Positions 25,528 through 28,273 of a DNA stretch of 28,273 nt are shown here, piece by piece; positions within the stretch are counted from its first letter, which is position 1; every line of letters starts with the position of its first letter. The DNA is from Planctomycetota bacterium. GTDB lineage: Bacteria > Planctomycetota > B15-G4 > JADJEK01. The DNA lies in the NCBI GenBank assembly GCA_044225365.1, contig JBGAIQ010000067.1, positions 1 to 28,273 on the forward strand, given 5' to 3'. The translations under genes and the position numbers were made by a program. Under the pieces are notes generated by a model. That model saw only the letters and a list, made by a program, of their open reading frames with translations. It ran no database searches and was not told the DNA's origin.

Positions 25528-28273
25528 ATGCACAGGTCCATTTCGCGCACCGGTCGATCGTCGTTCGCCGTATTCGCACTTCTTTGTCTCCCGCCGACCT
25601 CGCGTGGACAGGACGTGCCCGAGGTGAAGGGACTCTCACAAGCCACGATCGACGCCCGCAAGCCGATGGTCCTCGCGGCGAAAGCGGCGCTCGACAAGCA
25701 CGATGCCGGCGGGGCCGAGCGAGCTCTGCTGGACGCGCTCCGTTTCGACCCGTTCGCGCTCGATCTCTACGAGCTTGGACTCGCTTCGAGCACGCTCGAC
25801 GCGGACACGCGTGCGCTCCTCGCGCTTCGCTATGCCGGTGCAAAGGCCGACGAGAAGGGCGCGTTCGCGGCGCCAAAGCCGATCGTCGACGCGCAGCCAT
25901 CGCTCTTTGCCGAACTGCAGAAGCTCGAGGTTGCGCGCGCGCAGGCCGTGAGCGACGTCCTCGGGCTCGGCAAGAAGTTCGGGCGCGGCAACAAGGACGT
26001 CGCCGGCCCGATCGTCGCGCGCTACCTGAACGAGCTCTACCTCGATCTCACGCGCAGTGCGCCGGCGAGTTGGAAGAACGCAAAGCCGCTCTTCGAAGAC
26101 GCCTGTTCGATGCGCGCCGACGCCTACGTCGTCTTCACGAACGGCCTCGAGAAACTGATGAAGGACGCGTACGGGAACGGCAAGCTCGAAGTCGCTGCGA
26201 TGGCGGCGCGCAGTCTGCATGGTCTCGCCGTCCAATCCGCGCTGAAGGACCTCAAGGGACCGAAGGCGCCGGATCTCTCGAAGAAACGCCAGGAGGCGGC
26301 GGAGATGCTGGGGCGCATCCGCGCGATGTACGCGCAAGCGAACAAGCCGCTGTCGATCGAGGAACTCGATCAGATGATCGAGGACGACCGGATCAAGTTC
26401 ACGCTCGAGCACCAGACGATCGCCAATCCGGGAGTTTCCGTCACTCCGAACGGCCTTTACCGCATCGAGACGATCTGCGGTCACGGCACGCTGCTCGGCG
26501 CCGCCGAGACCGTGGAGTATCACCATCAACGGCTCGTGAAGTGGTACGGCCAGGATCCGTTCGTGGGACGACCGGGCACGATCCGCATCGTGCCCGAAGC
26601 CGTCGATCTCGAAGTCGAGGGCGAGCCCTTCTGGTGGGCGGGCGGCTTCCAGTCGGGCGATACCACGGTAGTTCGCTTCAACGCGAGCAACATCGCCGCG
26701 CTCGGCCACGGCATCACGCACGAGCTCACCCACCGCTTCGACGGCGCCCTCTACGGCGGCCTGCCGTCGTGGCTCGCCGAAGGTCGCGCGGTGTGGACTG
26801 CCGACAGCTACGGCAAGATCACGGACGAGGACTTCGTCCCGAACAAGGCGAATTTCGGCACCATCGAAGAGACGATGCGACGCGGTTACGGCGGAGAGGA
26901 GAAGCTGAAGAAGCTCCTCGACGGCACGATCGACGACTATCGCGACAACTACGTCGCCGGCTACGCGCTCTTCGTGTACCTGAATTCGTGGGAGGAGCCC
27001 GAGGGCCACAAGGTGTTCGCCCCGCGCCTCACCAATTACCTGAGCACCGCCGGCCGCTCGCACAAGAAGCCCGTCGACGCGTTCGAAGACGCGTTCTGCG
27101 ACGGCAAGGATGGCCGGCCGAAGGACCTGAAGGGCTTCGCGCAGATGTTCGCCACGTTCACGAGCGGCTTCTACTGGCTCGCGAACCCGCGGCCCACCTT
27201 CCTCGGTCGATACAACCCGAACGGCCTGCCGGGAGACGACGCGAAGACCATCGACGATGCGCCCACCTGGCAATTCTCGCGTTCGCGCGCGGAGCCGTGG
27301 TTCGGCCAGGAGCAGGCGGCCGAAGCCGGAGTCCTGCTCGCGAAGAACGGAATGCCGACCGAAGCCGCGTCGGCGCTCGCGTTCGGAATGCAGGTCGACG
27401 AATTCCATCCCGAGAGAGCGCTCATGCTCGCGGATCTGCTCGACAAGCAACGCGACCCGCTCGCGGCCTTCGTGCTGCGAGCCAAAGCCGCGTTTCGCGA
27501 TCCGGATCGCTACAAAGCGCCGACCTCGCCCCTGCTCTCCGCACAGCTCCCCAAGTTGAAACTGTTCGCCGATCAGCTCCGCGCGAGCGCCGACGCGATC
27601 GCGAACACCACGCCGCGCGCGGCGGCGGCGCTGCGGGGCGACGCGGCTCGACTGCTCACGTATCTCGGGCTCGATGCGAAGGGCGAGAGCCCGCCCGCCT
27701 TCGATCAGTCCAAGGCCCCGTTCTGCGACATCCCCCACCTCATCGGTCGCTTCTCGTACGTCGAGGATGGGCTCACGGACTACGAGCAGTATCGCGTGCC
27801 GAACCTATGGTTCACGACCGACGACGGCGATCTCCACGTCGGTCGCGAGAAGCCGCGCGACAGCACCGGCACGCTCGATCGCAACGCCGGGCAACACCAC
27901 GCGTTCGCCCGAGGCCAGGAATGGCTGACGCCCGGTCGCACGCACCTGCGCGGAAGGATCCAATTCACGACCACGTTCGTGAACGGCGCGGTGATCTTCG
28001 GCTACACCCGCCGCGATCGGAATCTGCGCTTCAGCTTCGGCGCCGGCGACTACATGTACTCGATCGGGCAGAAGGCGGAAGCCGAGAAGATGGACTCGGT
28101 GAACGTCAGCCTCACGGCGATCCGCGACGCCGAGGGCGGCCAGGAACACCCGCTTCCCGGCACCAACGTGAAGTTCGATTCACCGCGCGACAGCTTCGAG
28201 TACGAGATCCTGATCGACGGACCGCTCGCGGTGCTCTTCGTCGACGGCAAGCTCATCGGTTCGTATTCGACCG
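25528..28273 (+). CDS. Large exported HExxH (gluzincin/DUF1570-like) metallopeptidase-like protein with helical/TPR-like regions and a C-terminal beta-sandwich (3'-truncated)
   Basis: Not in the ORF track (no stop in window); open from ATG 25528: MHRSISRTGRSSFAVFALLCLPPTSRGQD...; WWAGGFQ...ITHELTHRF (HELTH at 26719-26733)...LPSWLAEGRAVW...NYVAGYALFVYL; ends FEYEILIDGPLAVLFVDGKLIGSYS. Confidence 0.88.
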   Translation, partial: MHRSISRTGRSSFAVFALLCLPPTSRGQDVPEVKGLSQATIDARKPMVLAAKAALDKHDAGGAERALLDALRFDPFALDLYELGLASSTLDADTRALLALRYAGAKADEKGAFAAPKPIVDAQPSLFAELQKLEVARAQAVSDVLGLGKKFGRGNKDVAGPIVARYLNELYLDLTRSAPASWKNAKPLFEDACSMRADAYVVFTNGLEKLMKDAYGNGKLEVAAMAARSLHGLAVQSALKDLKGPKAPDLSKKRQEAAEMLGRIRAMYAQANKPLSIEELDQMIEDDRIKFTLEHQTIANPGVSVTPNGLYRIETICGHGTLLGAAETVEYHHQRLVKWYGQDPFVGRPGTIRIVPEAVDLEVEGEPFWWAGGFQSGDTTVVRFNASNIAALGHGITHELTHRFDGALYGGLPSWLAEGRAVWTADSYGKITDEDFVPNKANFGTIEETMRRGYGGEEKLKKLLDGTIDDYRDNYVAGYALFVYLNSWEEPEGHKVFAPRLTNYLSTAGRSHKKPVDAFEDAFCDGKDGRPKDLKGFAQMFATFTSGFYWLANPRPTFLGRYNPNGLPGDDAKTIDDAPTWQFSRSRAEPWFGQEQAAEAGVLLAKNGMPTEAASALAFGMQVDEFHPERALMLADLLDKQRDPLAAFVLRAKAAFRDPDRYKAPTSPLLSAQLPKLKLFADQLRASADAIANTTPRAAAALRGDAARLLTYLGLDAKGESPPAFDQSKAPFCDIPHLIGRFSYVEDGLTDYEQYRVPNLWFTTDDGDLHVGREKPRDSTGTLDRNAGQHHAFARGQEWLTPGRTHLRGRIQFTTTFVNGAVIFGYTRRDRNLRFSFGAGDYMYSIGQKAEAEKMDSVNVSLTAIRDAEGGQEHPLPGTNVKFDSPRDSFEYEILIDGPLAVLFVDGKLIGSYST

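Noticed and set aside
23330-27738. 652-aa (23330-25288) and 700-aa (25636-27738) minus-strand ORFs
   Set aside because: Antisense shadows of the two zincin genes, which carry the real motifs and signal peptides.

Overview
High-GC bacterial DNA. The gene content (several ECF sigma factors, DUF1570-like zincins, Gly-rich exported proteins) suggests Planctomycetota, which is an inference. The left end is housekeeping: rsgA (3'-truncated) coupled to recD2, and a divergent RluA/RluD-family pseudouridine synthase. From 4.3 kb onward most genes encode exported or membrane proteins. In order: a YVTN beta-propeller/di-heme cytochrome c fusion; an FG-GAP repeat protein; a convergent ECF sigma / membrane anti-sigma / caspase-like CHAT protease operon, whose protease appears exported and C-terminally anchored; a GNAT; a second ECF operon (sigma, small membrane anti-sigma candidate, two LTxxQ Spy/CpxP-like proteins, a Gly-rich LolA/LppX-like protein); an SGNH protein; an S46 dipeptidyl peptidase; two tandem cyclophilins; a duplicated composite REP-like element; and two exported HExxH metallopeptidase-like proteins, the last running off the window. 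The best candidate for an undescribed system is the sigma/anti-sigma/extracytoplasmic CHAT module with its abutting FG-GAP gene. No rRNA, tRNA, CRISPR array or transposase was seen. All family calls come from motif recognition by eye; no searches were run.
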